From: Azolla caroliniana
Lineage: Eukaryota > Plantae > Polypodiophyta
Assembly: GCA_043228905.1 (NCBI GenBank)
Contig: JBHGNT010000010.1
Location: forward strand, 14,570,001-14,634,000
Length of the DNA: 64,000 bases
Direction of reading: 5' to 3'
The notes under the pieces were generated by a model. The model was not told where the DNA came from. It worked only from the letters and a program-made list of their open reading frames with translations, and did no database searches. This document shows positions 37,154 to 48,647 of the stretch, piece after piece (within the stretch, counting starts at the first letter, position 1; the number at the start of each line of letters is the position of its first letter). The translations under genes were made by a program, and so were the position numbers.

Positions 37154-37814
37154 TGTCGTGAAGAAAACTGGCCATAGGCGGAATCGGAGAAGAAAGCGCA
37201 TGAACCGGCTCTTACACGGATGGACGCACGACTTGATGTTTTGTACCCGAGTCATAAAGGGATCGGTGGGTGAAAGATACTAGGAGGCACACGTTTATCA
37301 AGGGGATTGTGCGTATCCCTGTCAAGGGGGGGGGGGGGACAGGGAATAAAAGGGAGAAGAGAGAGAGGAGAAAGATATCGCGTGTTGGGGAAAAGAAGGG
37401 GAGGCGTTGCTGTAGAACGGAGGCGGAGCTCTCTCTCTTCTACTCGAATCGTCAATCTCTCTGCGGGTGTCGGGAGGTCGCTGTCTCTGCTTCGTGGACA
37501 GCCCGTGTGCTTCCAGCAGAGTCGCTCCCTTTCCCTCTTTCTTTTTTCTTTTGTTTCTTAGAGTCGTGTGACTATCGTCGGTGCGCGTGAGTAGGGCCCC
37601 GTGTCGGGTCCGTCCCCGCCTGGTCCATTGTAACCGTCGGGGGTTTGTAATCTCTTGTCATTATAATTGAGTGTTACGATTCTATCTCTCTCTTTCTCGC
37701 TTCTACGTGTCGGTGAACCTCTCTCTCTGTCTCTCTCTCTCTCTCTTTCGCTCCTCGGTCCAAGACCCTCGTGGTCCCGCCCCTTTCTACACGCACGTGC
37801 GTAACAACGCAACA
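37154..37814 (+). repeat. 3' LTR (661 bp) of the 23001-37814 element
   Basis: Direct repeat of 23001-23649, preceded by the PPT. Confidence 0.92.
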
Positions 37815-40202
37815 TCGTTGCGCACACTGAAGGTGCTCGTCAGTAGGTCGCACCATGAACTGACTTCAATCACCCCGACCAGATAACTGAGATCGGGTCG
37901 GGTGATTGTCAAGTAGATAAGGCTTCCGACAATTTGTCGAAACCTCGTCGGGTCGCATACCTTTTTGGACTCGGGGCGAAGCTTGACGGTTTTATCCAGA
38001 GGAGTCCAGAAGGACTTACAATCTGCCATCCCGAATTTGAAGAGCATATTCAGCGCATAATGGCGTTTGCTGATGAATATGCCTTCGGGGGCACGGATCA
38101 CTTCGATCCCGAGGAAGTAATGAAGATCCCCCAGATCCTTCATGTCGAACGATGTCGCAAGCTGGAGCTTCACGCAGTCGATTTCACCTGGGTCGGCGCC
38201 GGTGATGACCAAGTCATCAACATATAGTAGAATACTGACCGGACCGAGTCGACCTTTCCGGATGAACAGGGAAGAGTCTCATTTTGACGTTGCAAAGCCC
38301 ATCCGACGCAGTTGCTGCGTGATCTTCGCGTTCCAGGTACGCGGGGCTTGTTGAACACCACCTGTTTCGATTGCAGGTCCTGAAGCCGCTGGTAGTTGAC
38401 ATGACTTATCCACTTGTGCCATAAGTCGATGTCCGACTCGACTTTTTGTCCCTTCACGAACATTGCGGTGCCACCGTCAGTAGAGTCAAGGATGAGCATC
38501 CTCCCATCTCTGCGCCCTTGTGCAATCACACGGCCTTCTTCCTCAATGAAGCACCCGAGCTGTGTAAACCTGACCTCCATCCCTTGGTCGACGATCTATC
38601 CGACCGACACCAAGTTCTTCGTGATTGTCAGAACGTGTAACACATTCATAAGTTTCCCTTTCTGCCCGACATGGCTCAAGGGAGCTTCATCGACATTCGC
38701 AATCAAATGCGGAGTGTCGTCTCCGGTTGCGACTACTCCTGGTTGCGTCGGTTTCTCAAGGTATGAAAACCACTCCTTGTGGCACGTCATGTGGTTTGAC
38801 CCGCCGGAGTCGACTTACCACACCTCATCCGATTTCGGGGCGGACTGCTTCATTGAGTTTGCTTCGTGTCTCATCATGAAGACTGACCCTTCTCCGGCTT
38901 CTCCCGATCCTTTGGCATAGTGCGATCGTTGCCAATTTCCTTTGTTGGTCTGTCCGGAACCTGTTCCGGACCCGGTTCTCTCCGAATCAGTGCGCTTTTT
39001 CCAGCACTCGCTCTCCCTGTGGCCTTCCGCGGCGGATTTCCCTTGCTAGTTCTCGTCGCCTTGACTCCCCCTGTTTCCGGAGGGTCCGGAATTGCTGTCG
39101 GCATCACTTTGGTGCCTTCTTCCTTGATCCTGTTAGTCGCCTCCATTGCGTACCGACTCGCCTCGTCCGCCACGACCACGGGGCCTATCTCCCTCCGTGT
39201 ACAACATCTTGCTGTCGGCATGCATGCTTGTCGACACACCCGCGTGGTTCTCCTCTATAAGGAGCATCGACTGTAAGTCGAAAAACGACGGTGTATTCTC
39301 CCGTGTACACACAGCAGTTCGGAACGCTCCGAACTTTGACGCCAAACCCCCGAGACAGACCTGGACCATCTTGCTTTCCTCGATGTTCACATCGATGGAG
39401 GCGAACTAGTCACATATGTCCTTGATCTTCGAGGTATAGTCAGCCACGGACAAATTGCGTTGTTGTAGGTTACTCAACTCTTGTCGGAGCTGAAGCTTCC
39501 TGGCTGTGGTGCTCGCGGCGAAGATCTTCTTCAGATTTTCCCACGCACCCTTCGGCGTTTTTGCATCCCGAACGTAGCTTAATAGCTGTTCGCCCACACA
39601 AGTGTTAGGAAACAGGTCCCTCCGGATGGGAAGTGAGAACCGGAGGACGAGTACCCAACAATGGAAGACCCGGTGAGAACCTCTCATCGGATGGAAGGGA
39701 CATATATGTAAATATGTTCCTGAGAGCCCACGGAGGCTATATTTGTAAATAGCCCGAAAGTCATATTAGTATAAATATAACCTAGGGCAAACTTAATAGT
39801 TGTGTGTATGATGTAGAGTTGGTTGTGTTATTATCGTTGTGGCGATAATTCAGTGCGTAACTACGTACAGAGAAGAGAGAGAGAGAGAGAGGAAGAGGTC
39901 GTTGCCTCTGTTGTAACCGTCTGGTGGCGAAACGAGGGAGCAAGAGGTTGTTGCCTCTGTGCCCCATTGTTGTAATCTTGATATCGTGATATTTTGCAGT
40001 CTGAGGGCTGTCGTGGTTTTTCCCAGATTTGGGTTTTCCACGTTAACATCGAGTGCACTCTCTTCTTTACTGTTTTGTGCATAAATACATCTCACCACAT
40101 CCCTGTTTTCTATGCTTGATCTGACGTCTCGGTTGTGGGCAAGCATAGCTTAGGAAACCGTATTCCTTTCAAACTAGTATCAGAGCGAAACGACACAGAA
40201 AA

Positions 40203-43200
40203 ATGGACAATTTGTTGGGAGGCATGTTCAAGCTCACTGACTCCAACTATTCAGTGTGGAAGTCGAAGATGAGGGACATGCTCGTGGTTAAAGATCTTTG
40301 GTTGCCGGCTCAGTTCGGGGACAAGAGACCAGACAAAATCGATGCCACGATATGGGAGGTGATGCACATGAACACAACGCCGTACATACGGTGCTTCATC
40401 GACATGAGTCTATACAACAACTTCAATGAAGAGAGCAAGGCTCATGAGCTCTTGGAGAAGATCAACATTATGTTTTAGAACAAAAATGTTGTTAATCAGG
40501 TTTCGGTATTTTGGAAGCCAGTAAGACTCCGGTACCAAGATGGCTCCAGCATGGCGGAGCACATGAATGCCTTCCAGGGGCTGATCCACCTGGCAACATC
40601 ATTGGAAGTACCTCTCGCCAATGAGGTACTAGCACTACTCCTGCTCGACTCCCTCCCAGATAGCTCGGAGACGTTGGTTGTCACTTTGGGCAACGCCGGG
40701 CCAGAAGGGAAACGGTTATCCCTAGGAAGGGTGAAGTCAACCTTGCTAGATGAGGAGGCGCATCGGAAAGACAAGGATACGAACTCCGACTCCAAAGCGC
40801 TCCTTACCGAATCAGAATGCGGAAGGCAAAGGAACCGTAGTCCCCAAAACCGGGAAAAGTCGGGGACACGGTCAAATTCAAGGGGGAGGACTACTTGCTT
40901 CTATTGCGGCAAGCAGGGACACTTCCAAAAGAACTATCGGCACTTCCGAAAAGACAAGGAAACCGACGGTACCGATTCGAAGCGGACATTGGACCAAAAC
41001 GGTAAAGACCGGAGGGGGCCGGACCATAAGGGAACGACGGCAATCGCGGCAAGTGAAGAAGAGTTGATGCTCATCACCGAGGAGAGTTAGCTAAACCTTG
41101 CCAGCGACGAGAAGACCTGGGTAGTCGATTATGGAGCGTCGTTCCACCTTACCCCAGATCGGAAATGCTTCTCATCCTACTCAGCCGGTGATCAAGGTTG
41201 TGTCCGGATGGGGAATGAAGGTACATGTCGAATTGTCGACATAGGAGACGTGTGGTTGACAACACCAACCGGATGCAAGCTTCTGTTGAAGGATGTCCGA
41301 AAAGTTCTAGACGTTCGACTAAACCTGATATTAGCCGGTCGGCTAGATGATGAAGGCAACACGGGTAGCATCCAGAACTGTGTTATGAAGTTTAGCAAAG
41401 GGAGCCTGATTGTGGCTCGGGCCCGGAAGGTCAACACACTATACCTGATGAATGCCCGGTTATGCCCGAAAGAAGTGAACGTGGCTTCCGACACTGCCGG
41501 TGAGCTGTGGCACAAGAGACTGTGTCACATGAGCGTGAAGGGGATGAAGAGGCTTGCCGATGACAACCTCATTTCAGTGAAGAACGTGCATCTTGAGAGG
41601 TGCACCGACTGCCTAGCCGGTAAGCAAAACCAGACCTCCTTCCGACCAAGGCCACCGATGAGATGTAATGCACCACTGGAGTTTGTGCATACGGATGTGT
41701 GTCAAGTGGGCACAAAGTCACATGCCGGATCACAGTACTTCATGACGTTCATAGATGACCACAGCCGGAAGCTGTGGGCCACACCATTGAAGATGAAGGA
41801 TCAGGTGCTATGCATCTTCAAAGAGCTCCATGCGAGAGTGGAAAGAGAAACCGGCCGGAAGCTGAAGGCGGTTCGAGCAGATAACGGAGGAGAATACCAG
41901 GGGCAGTTCGAGGAGTACTGCCGCTCGAAGGGAATTCGGCTCAAATTTACCGTGCTGAAGACGCCGGAACTAAACGGGCTAGCCGAGAGGATGAACCGGA
42001 CCATAATGGAGAGGGTTCGGAGTATGCTAGCACATGCTAAGCTACCCAAGACGTTTTGGGCTGAGGCGCTATCGACAACTACGTATGTGATAAACAGATC
42101 ACCCTCAGTGCCCTTGGATGGAGACACGCCGCAGAAGGTCTGAACCGGTAAGGAAGTGTCCTACCGGCATTTGAAGGTGTTCGGGTGTCTCACGTACGTG
42201 CATGTTGCTAAGGACCGGAGAGGAAAATTGGATCCAAAGACCCGGCCATGCATATTCCTCGGATACTGCGATGATGAGTTCGGCTACCGAGTGTGGGATC
42301 CGGTTGACAAGAAGGCTTTCCAAAGACGAGATATTATCTTCATGGAGGACAAGACCCTTGCCGACTAGGATTCGGAGAAGAAGATAATGGACTCCAATGA
42401 GATTCGGACCCACCTGGCTAAGAGCCAGCTGACACTCGAGGAACCAGCCGGTTACGGTGAGGATACCGAACCGGCAAAAGAAGAAGTAGAGGAAGCTAAA
42501 ATCAGAACCGGCCAAGACCCCGAATCGGATTCGGATGAAGAACAAATAGTGGAGCCGGTTGCCGAAGGCCAAAGACGAAGATATCCTCTCAGAGAGAGAA
42601 GGCCCCTCCGGAGATTTCCGGATATAGAGCACATGTTACTAACCGATGAAGGGGAGCTAGAAAGCTTCAAGGAAGCTAAAAGTGACGCCCACAGCCGCAA
42701 ATGGTTAAGTGCCATGCAGGATTAGATGGATTCCCTACATGAGAACCATAAGTACAAATTGGTGGAGTTGCCGAAAGGAAAGCGGGCACTCTGAAACAAG
42801 TGGGTGTACAAGTTGAAACTGGGAGATGTCGGCAACCCCCCGAGATACAAAGCCAATATCGTGGTGAAGGGGTTCCAACAGAAGAAGGGTGTGGACTTCG
42901 ACGAGATATGTGCTCTGGTAGTAAAGATGACTTCCATCCGGACGGTGCTGAGTATAGTGGCAAGCATGGACCTCGAGGTAGAGCAGCTAGACGTAAAGAC
43001 GACATTCCTTCACGGTGACATCGAAGAGGAGATCTACATGCAGCAATCAGAAGGATTCGTGGAGAAAGGGAAGGAGCACCTGGTTTGCCGGTTGAAGAAG
43101 ATCCAGTACGGATTGAAGCAAGCCCGCCGACAATGGTACGAGAAGTTTGACTCCTTCATGACCGACCAAGGGTATCACAAAACGCAAACCGATCACTGCG

Positions 43201-44224
43201 TGTTTGTGAAGGAGTTCGAAGGAGGCGACTTCCTGATACTCCTTTTGTACATGGACGACATGTTGATCGTCGAACGGGACCAAGCCAAAATACGGATGCT
43301 GAAGAAGGCTCTCAACCAAACTTTCTCAATGAAAGACTTGGGCCCGGCAAGACAGATACTGGGGATGCACATCATTTGGGACCGGTCAAAGAAGCAATTG
43401 TGGTTGTCACAGGAGAAATACGTGACAAAGGTGCTTCAACGGTTCAACATGTTAGAAGTGAAACCGGTCAGATCGACACTCCCAGCAAACTGCAGATTAT
43501 CCGGTAAGCAAAGCCCAAAGACGAAAGCAGAGAAGGCAGATATGATGAAGGTTCCATATGCTTCTGCCGTCGGGAGCTTAATGTACGCAATGGTGTGTGC
43601 TCGATCGGATATTGGATACGCAGTCAGAGTGGTGAGCCGGTTTATGAGCAATCCCGACAAGGAGCACTGGAACGCGGTCAAATGGATACTCCGGTACTTG
43701 AAGGGCACTTTGAATATGTGTCTCTGATTCGGCTCCGGTAAACCTCAACTTGACAGTTTTACCGATTCGGACATGTCGACTGATGTGGATACCAGCCGGT
43801 CTACATCCGGCTATGTAATGACATATGCAGGAGGAGCTATTTCGTGGCAGTCGAGGCTGCAGAAGACGGTTGCGTTGTCAACCACGGAGGCAGAGTACAT
43901 GGCGGTTGTGGAAACCGGCAAGGAAATATTATGGATGAAGGACTTCATCGGTGAGCTCGATATCCGGCAAGATGAATACCGGCTCTATTGCGACAGTCAA
44001 AGTGTCATCCACCTTGCTAAGAACACAGCGTACCATTCCAGGACGAAGCACATCCAGCGTAGGTATCACTGGATCTTGGAGCGAGTAGAAGATCGAGAGT
44101 CTCGCTGTCAAAGATCCACACGGCTAAGAATGGGTCTGATATGCTGACCAAAGTATTAATACCCGACAAGTTGGATGCATGTCGGAAGCGGATCGGACTA
44201 GTAAGACATCCCATGCCGGAGTGA
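40203..44224 (+). pseudogene. pol: copia gag-pol polyprotein with multiple premature stops
   Basis: ORFs 40203..40478, 40551..41090, 41208..42143 (integrase), 42804..43727 (RT, LYMDDM), 43773..44147 (RNase H). Confidence 0.9.
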
Positions 44225-44266
44225 AGGGGGAGTTTGTTAGGAAACAGGTCCCTCCGGATGGGAAGT

Positions 44267-44411
44267 GAGAACCGGAGGACGAGTACCCGACAACGGAAGA
44301 CTCGGTGAGAACTGAAGGACGAGTATCCGGCTTCGGAAGACCCGGTGAGAACTGGAGGACGAGTACCCGGCAACGGAAGACCCGGTGAGAACCGGCTGCT
44401 GGAGGCCCGGT
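44267..44411 (+). repeat. 40-bp tandem repeat (3 units + 25-bp variant) in 3' LTR U3
   Basis: GAGAACYGRAGGACGAGTA...GGAAGACYCGGT units starting at 44267, 44307, 44347 and 44387. Confidence 0.85.
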
Positions 44412-45203
44412 GAGAACCTCTCATCAGATGGAAGGGACATATATGTAAATATGTTCCAGAGAGCCCACTGAGGCTATATTTGTAAATAGCCCGAAAGTCA
44501 TATTAGTATAAATATAACCTAGGGCAAACTTAATAGTTGTGTGTATGATGTAGAGTTGGTTGTGTTATTATCATTGTGGCGATAATTCAGTGCGTAACTG
44601 CGTACAGAGAAGAGAGAGAGAGAGAGAGGAAGAGGTCATTGCCTCTGTTGTAACCTCCTGGTGGCGAAGCGAGGGAGCAAGAGGTCGTTGCCTCTATGCC
44701 CCATTGTTGTAATCTTGATATAGTGATATTTTGCAGTTTGAGGGCTGCCATGGTTTTTCCCAGATTTGGGTTTTCCACGTTAACATCGAGTCCACTCTCT
44801 TCTTTACTGTTTCGTGCATAAATACATCTCACCACATCCCTGTTTTCTGTGCTTCATCCGACATCTCGGTTGTGGCCGAGCATAGCTTAGGAAACCGCAT
44901 TCCTTTCAACAAGACGCGAAACAGTACAACACTCTGCTCGCCGATTGTTCCCACGTCGGGAAGTCTTTGTGTGTCGAATCGGGTGCTGTGTTATTTGCTC
45001 CATCGACATAGCTCTAGTAACCGTGTCCGAGCAGGTACTGGTGCATCTTGTAGGACCAAGATGCGTAGTTGGTTTTGTTGAGCTTCTACGTCGGAAGCGA
45101 GCTAGCCATTCCTCTGTCCATCGGTTTTCTTGTTCTTCTTCGTTGGTTTTTCCTTCAAGCAAAGTCGGCTGCAGAGGTTCTCAACCCTCACGCTCTGATA
45201 CCA

Positions 45204-45659
45204 TGAAAAGAATGGCGTGCGGAAGCAATATAGGAAACCAGACAACAGAAAACACAGGTTTAATGGAAAGCTTAAGTTTGCATAGTATGCACAAGAGAGA
45301 CAGAGAGAGACTAAAAACCATAAGTATATTCAAAAAATAATACTCGATTTGTACATACATCGTGCTCAGTGAGCACCTTTTATACAAGCCTTGATAATCG
45401 GGCTAACACAAGTACTGACAGTACTTGACTGCTCATAAATGAGCCTCAACACTCACTCCCAAATTTATTCCTTTACGAGGAATATCTCTCTAACGGCCTT
45501 TTGGTTTACGCACCGATACGGCCTCTCGTTATGCACCGGTTTGCGTACCGGTTTACGCATCCGTTTTACGCACCGGACCGGCCTAACTGATCAGTCCCAA
45601 CCGATCCAGTCCTCGGCTTGCTCAGCCGATCCGGCCGATGTTGAGCTTGTCTCTCAACA
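45204..45659 (-). repeat. 5' LTR of the fragmented copia
   Basis: Abuts PBS TGGTATCAGAGCG; shares termini and motifs with LTR 7710-8109. Confidence 0.88.
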
Positions 45660-48188
45660 ATTCGGTATGAGGAGTCTTGTTAGGTGTCCCGGCCCCAGAT
45701 TGGGATTTTGACAGTGTTTGGTTGTCCTCCCCTATGGTTGTCGTCGACTCTTTTCTGACTTGTCTCTCGGTGACTTTGCCTTTATCGATCCTGCTTGATT
45801 CGGTTGTGTCTTTGATGACTTTGTCTTTGAGTCGAACGATAGGACTTGTTGCCGATTCGGTGTTGGCAGGGAAGTTGGTAGCTTGTTAGTCGAGTCTCCG
45901 ATTCAGCCTGGTGGGTCGGTCCTTCTACGACGGTGCTATCATCTTCGAAGGATACCTTCTTACGAAAGTGTTTTCTATTAGTTCCACTAAGAGAATATAG
46001 AGTCTTCATTGAAGACTATGTGCTCCGGATCAATTTCCAGTTCTCAGGGTCCCATAGCCGGTAACCGAAGTCCCCATCGGTTCCATAACCGAGAAATATG
46101 CACTTTGTTGCATGGGGTGCCAACTTCGTCCTTTTGTCCCTGGGGATGAACGCGTAGGCTTCGCATCTGAATATATTGAGCTTATTGTAGGTCGGCTGTT
46201 TGCCTAACCATAGTGCCTGATTGCTCTTGACGGCGCCAGATTTATGAGGTACACTACCGTCTGCAATCCCTCGGCCTAGAATTCCAGCTTCAGTCCGGCT
46301 TGCTGGAGCATTGTCGTCACCCTCTCCTACATCGTCTTGTTGATCCGTTCTACCACTCCATTTTGCATGGGTGTATAGGGAACAGTCTTTTGGTGTCGGA
46401 TCCCTTTTCCGTACAGGTACTGTTTGCAGGCACTGGAGGTGTAGTCACTTCTGTTGTCGGATCAGAGTGTCTTCACTCTGTATCTCGACCGGTTCTCCAC
46501 TTTAGATATCCATCGAGTGAAGACCTCGAGCGCTTCATCTTTGGACTTGATGGAATATGCCCAAACTTTCCGTGTACAATCATCTACGAATGTGATGAAG
46601 TACTGGGAGCCTCCTAGTGATCGCTCTGGCATGGACCCACATATGTTTATGTGCACGAGCTCTAGGGGTTGTCGTACCGTCTCGTCATGGAGATGGTGTG
46701 GACTTTGGTTCTGTTTCCCATATCGACAATGCTCACAAAAGTTCATCTTTGCTGGGAGTTTTGGAATGTAGCCGACCTACATCAACCGATCAAGTTCGGC
46801 TTGAGACATGTGGCCAAGTCGGCCATGCGATAAGTTCGGGTCGGTTTTCTCGGCTATGTTCACAGCCCCTTAAGGGTTGATCGCCATCAATGGCTATAGA
46901 TTATGTTCAGAATCAAGCTCAACTTGGTCTAGTGTGTGAATTCACCTTGAGAGTGAATAGAAACTCCAACGGTCAAGAGTCACCATTATGTCACCACTTT
47001 GTATTCTAGCATTTAGTATGAGTCATAGAATCATATTCTATGACACATAACTTATGAGCTTTCACATTCCCCATGCTCCATGATTCTTGTAGTTAATGAA
47101 GAGAGAGGGTGACTATATAAAGCACCATCTTCCCACCTTGTATAATGTTCAGTCTTTCTCCTTTGTTAAGATATTTTACCTTGTGTATTCTCTGTGTCTT
47201 ACTCCTTGTCTCTCTCACTCTTTCTCTCTCTCTCATACACACAGTTCATATCTATTCCGCTGCATAGAATCCATCTCGTGATTCTTTACATGGTATCAGA
47301 GCACATCACGGCCTTGCCCGAAGATGGACAAAGGCGATGTGAGGAGCGCCCTCCCTACCGAGAAGTTGGATCAAAACAATTTCGCATCTTGGGAGTACAA
47401 GATGCACCAATACCTTGTTGGACAAGGCTATTGGAGCTACATCATAGGAGCGCACGAAGACCGACCCGTCAAAATGGCTCCCGGATACGCGACATGGGAG
47501 CAAGCCGCAAGCCGCGTGATGTATTGCTTGGCGACATGTGTTCACGATCACATGCTCAGCTACATTCGCGAAGCCAAGATGCCGAAGGAGGCATGGACAA
47601 ATCTACAAAGAGTTTCGCGGCGAACACAATCGCAAGAAGGCTTCAACTCCGCCAAGAGTTGAACAACATTCAACAAAGGGACATGTCCATCATGACATAC
47701 AACTTGAAGATCAAGGAGCTTTGTGACTTGCTCAGCTCGATAAGCGTAAATATCGATGATGATGAGACGGTGCAAATATGCCTCGGTGGTCTCGCACCAC
47801 GGTTCGGCACGATGCGAACCGCCGTTCTAGCAACGGAGAAATCTCCCTCCTTCTTCGAGCTCCAATCAATGCTATTGGTCGAAGAAAAACACGTGTGTAC
47901 AAGGAGCAATGAGTCGGAAGGCCACATGCTCTACACGCACTCGAACGGAGGAAGAGGACGCGGACAAGCAAGAGGCCGATTCGGCCAAGGACAAGGCGGA
48001 CGAGGTCCGACCTATGACAACAACTCCCAATTTCGGCCGCAAAACGGAAGCCAACAAGGAACCTCTGCAAGAAGGGGGAGCTTCCACTCCGGCCCTAGCC
48101 GTCAAAACGCAACCGAATGTGGATATTGCAGAAAGCTCAACCACCATGAAGAAGAGTGCCGAAAGAAGATGCGCGAATCAGCTTCCAC

Positions 48189-48321
48189 TGTCAGGAACTC
48201 TATTAAGGCAGAGAAGGAATTAGTACTAAAAGAAGGATTAGTACTATTGTTGGGGAATAGTACTAAGACAGAGAAGGATTAGTACTATGAGAGGTGTCGA
48301 ACTTTGAGAGAAGGAATGAGT

Positions 48322-48357
<36 letters not shown>

Positions 48358-48647
48358 TGATGCGAAAGATATATGTATTATATGACGGAAGATATACAAC
48401 AGTAGTTAGAAGGCTTAAGACTGGCGTTGAACCGATTTGGTTCGAACTAATGCCTTGCGCCTCCTTTTATAGTGTCTTCAGGAATACTCCTGAAGTTTCT
48501 AGAATGTTCCAGAGAAATCTGGAATATACATCAATTTCCTAATAAAACCTAAATGAAAATAATATCCTTCAAATTACAACTCATAACCTAATGGTAAAGT
48601 CTCGACCCGTGTAACAAAAGGTTATGGGTTCGAGTCTAGTTATGACA
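48189..48647 (-). repeat. 3' LTR (459 bp)
   Basis: Direct repeat of 53483-53943. Confidence 0.96.

Larger units (their letters stand above)
23001..37814 (+). mobile_element. Full-length Ty3/gypsy (Trp-PBS family) carrying two nested insertions
   Basis: LTRs 23001-23649 and 37154-37814; PBS 23654-23671; PPT ~37140-37153; 4-bp TSD GCGT/TCGT. Confidence 0.93.
39603..44908 (+). mobile_element. Full-length Ty1/copia (Tnt1/Tork-like), TSD ACAAG
   Basis: LTRs 39603-40171 and 44235-44908; PBS TAGTATCAGAGCGA 40175-40188; PPT GAAGGGGGAG; ACAAG at 39598-39602 and 44909-44913. Confidence 0.95.
22857..45659 (-). mobile_element. Ty1/copia (same family as 7710-11898), fragmented host of nested insertions; pieces at 22857-23000, 37815-39602, 44909-45659
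   Basis: 5' LTR 45204-45659, PBS 45191-45203; gag/PR/RT/RNase H pieces rejoin across the TSDs; internal deletion at ~38350. Confidence 0.88.

Noticed and set aside
44267-44411. CRISPR-like periodic repeats
   Set aside because: Head-to-tail tandem units with no unique spacers, eukaryotic LTR context, no cas genes
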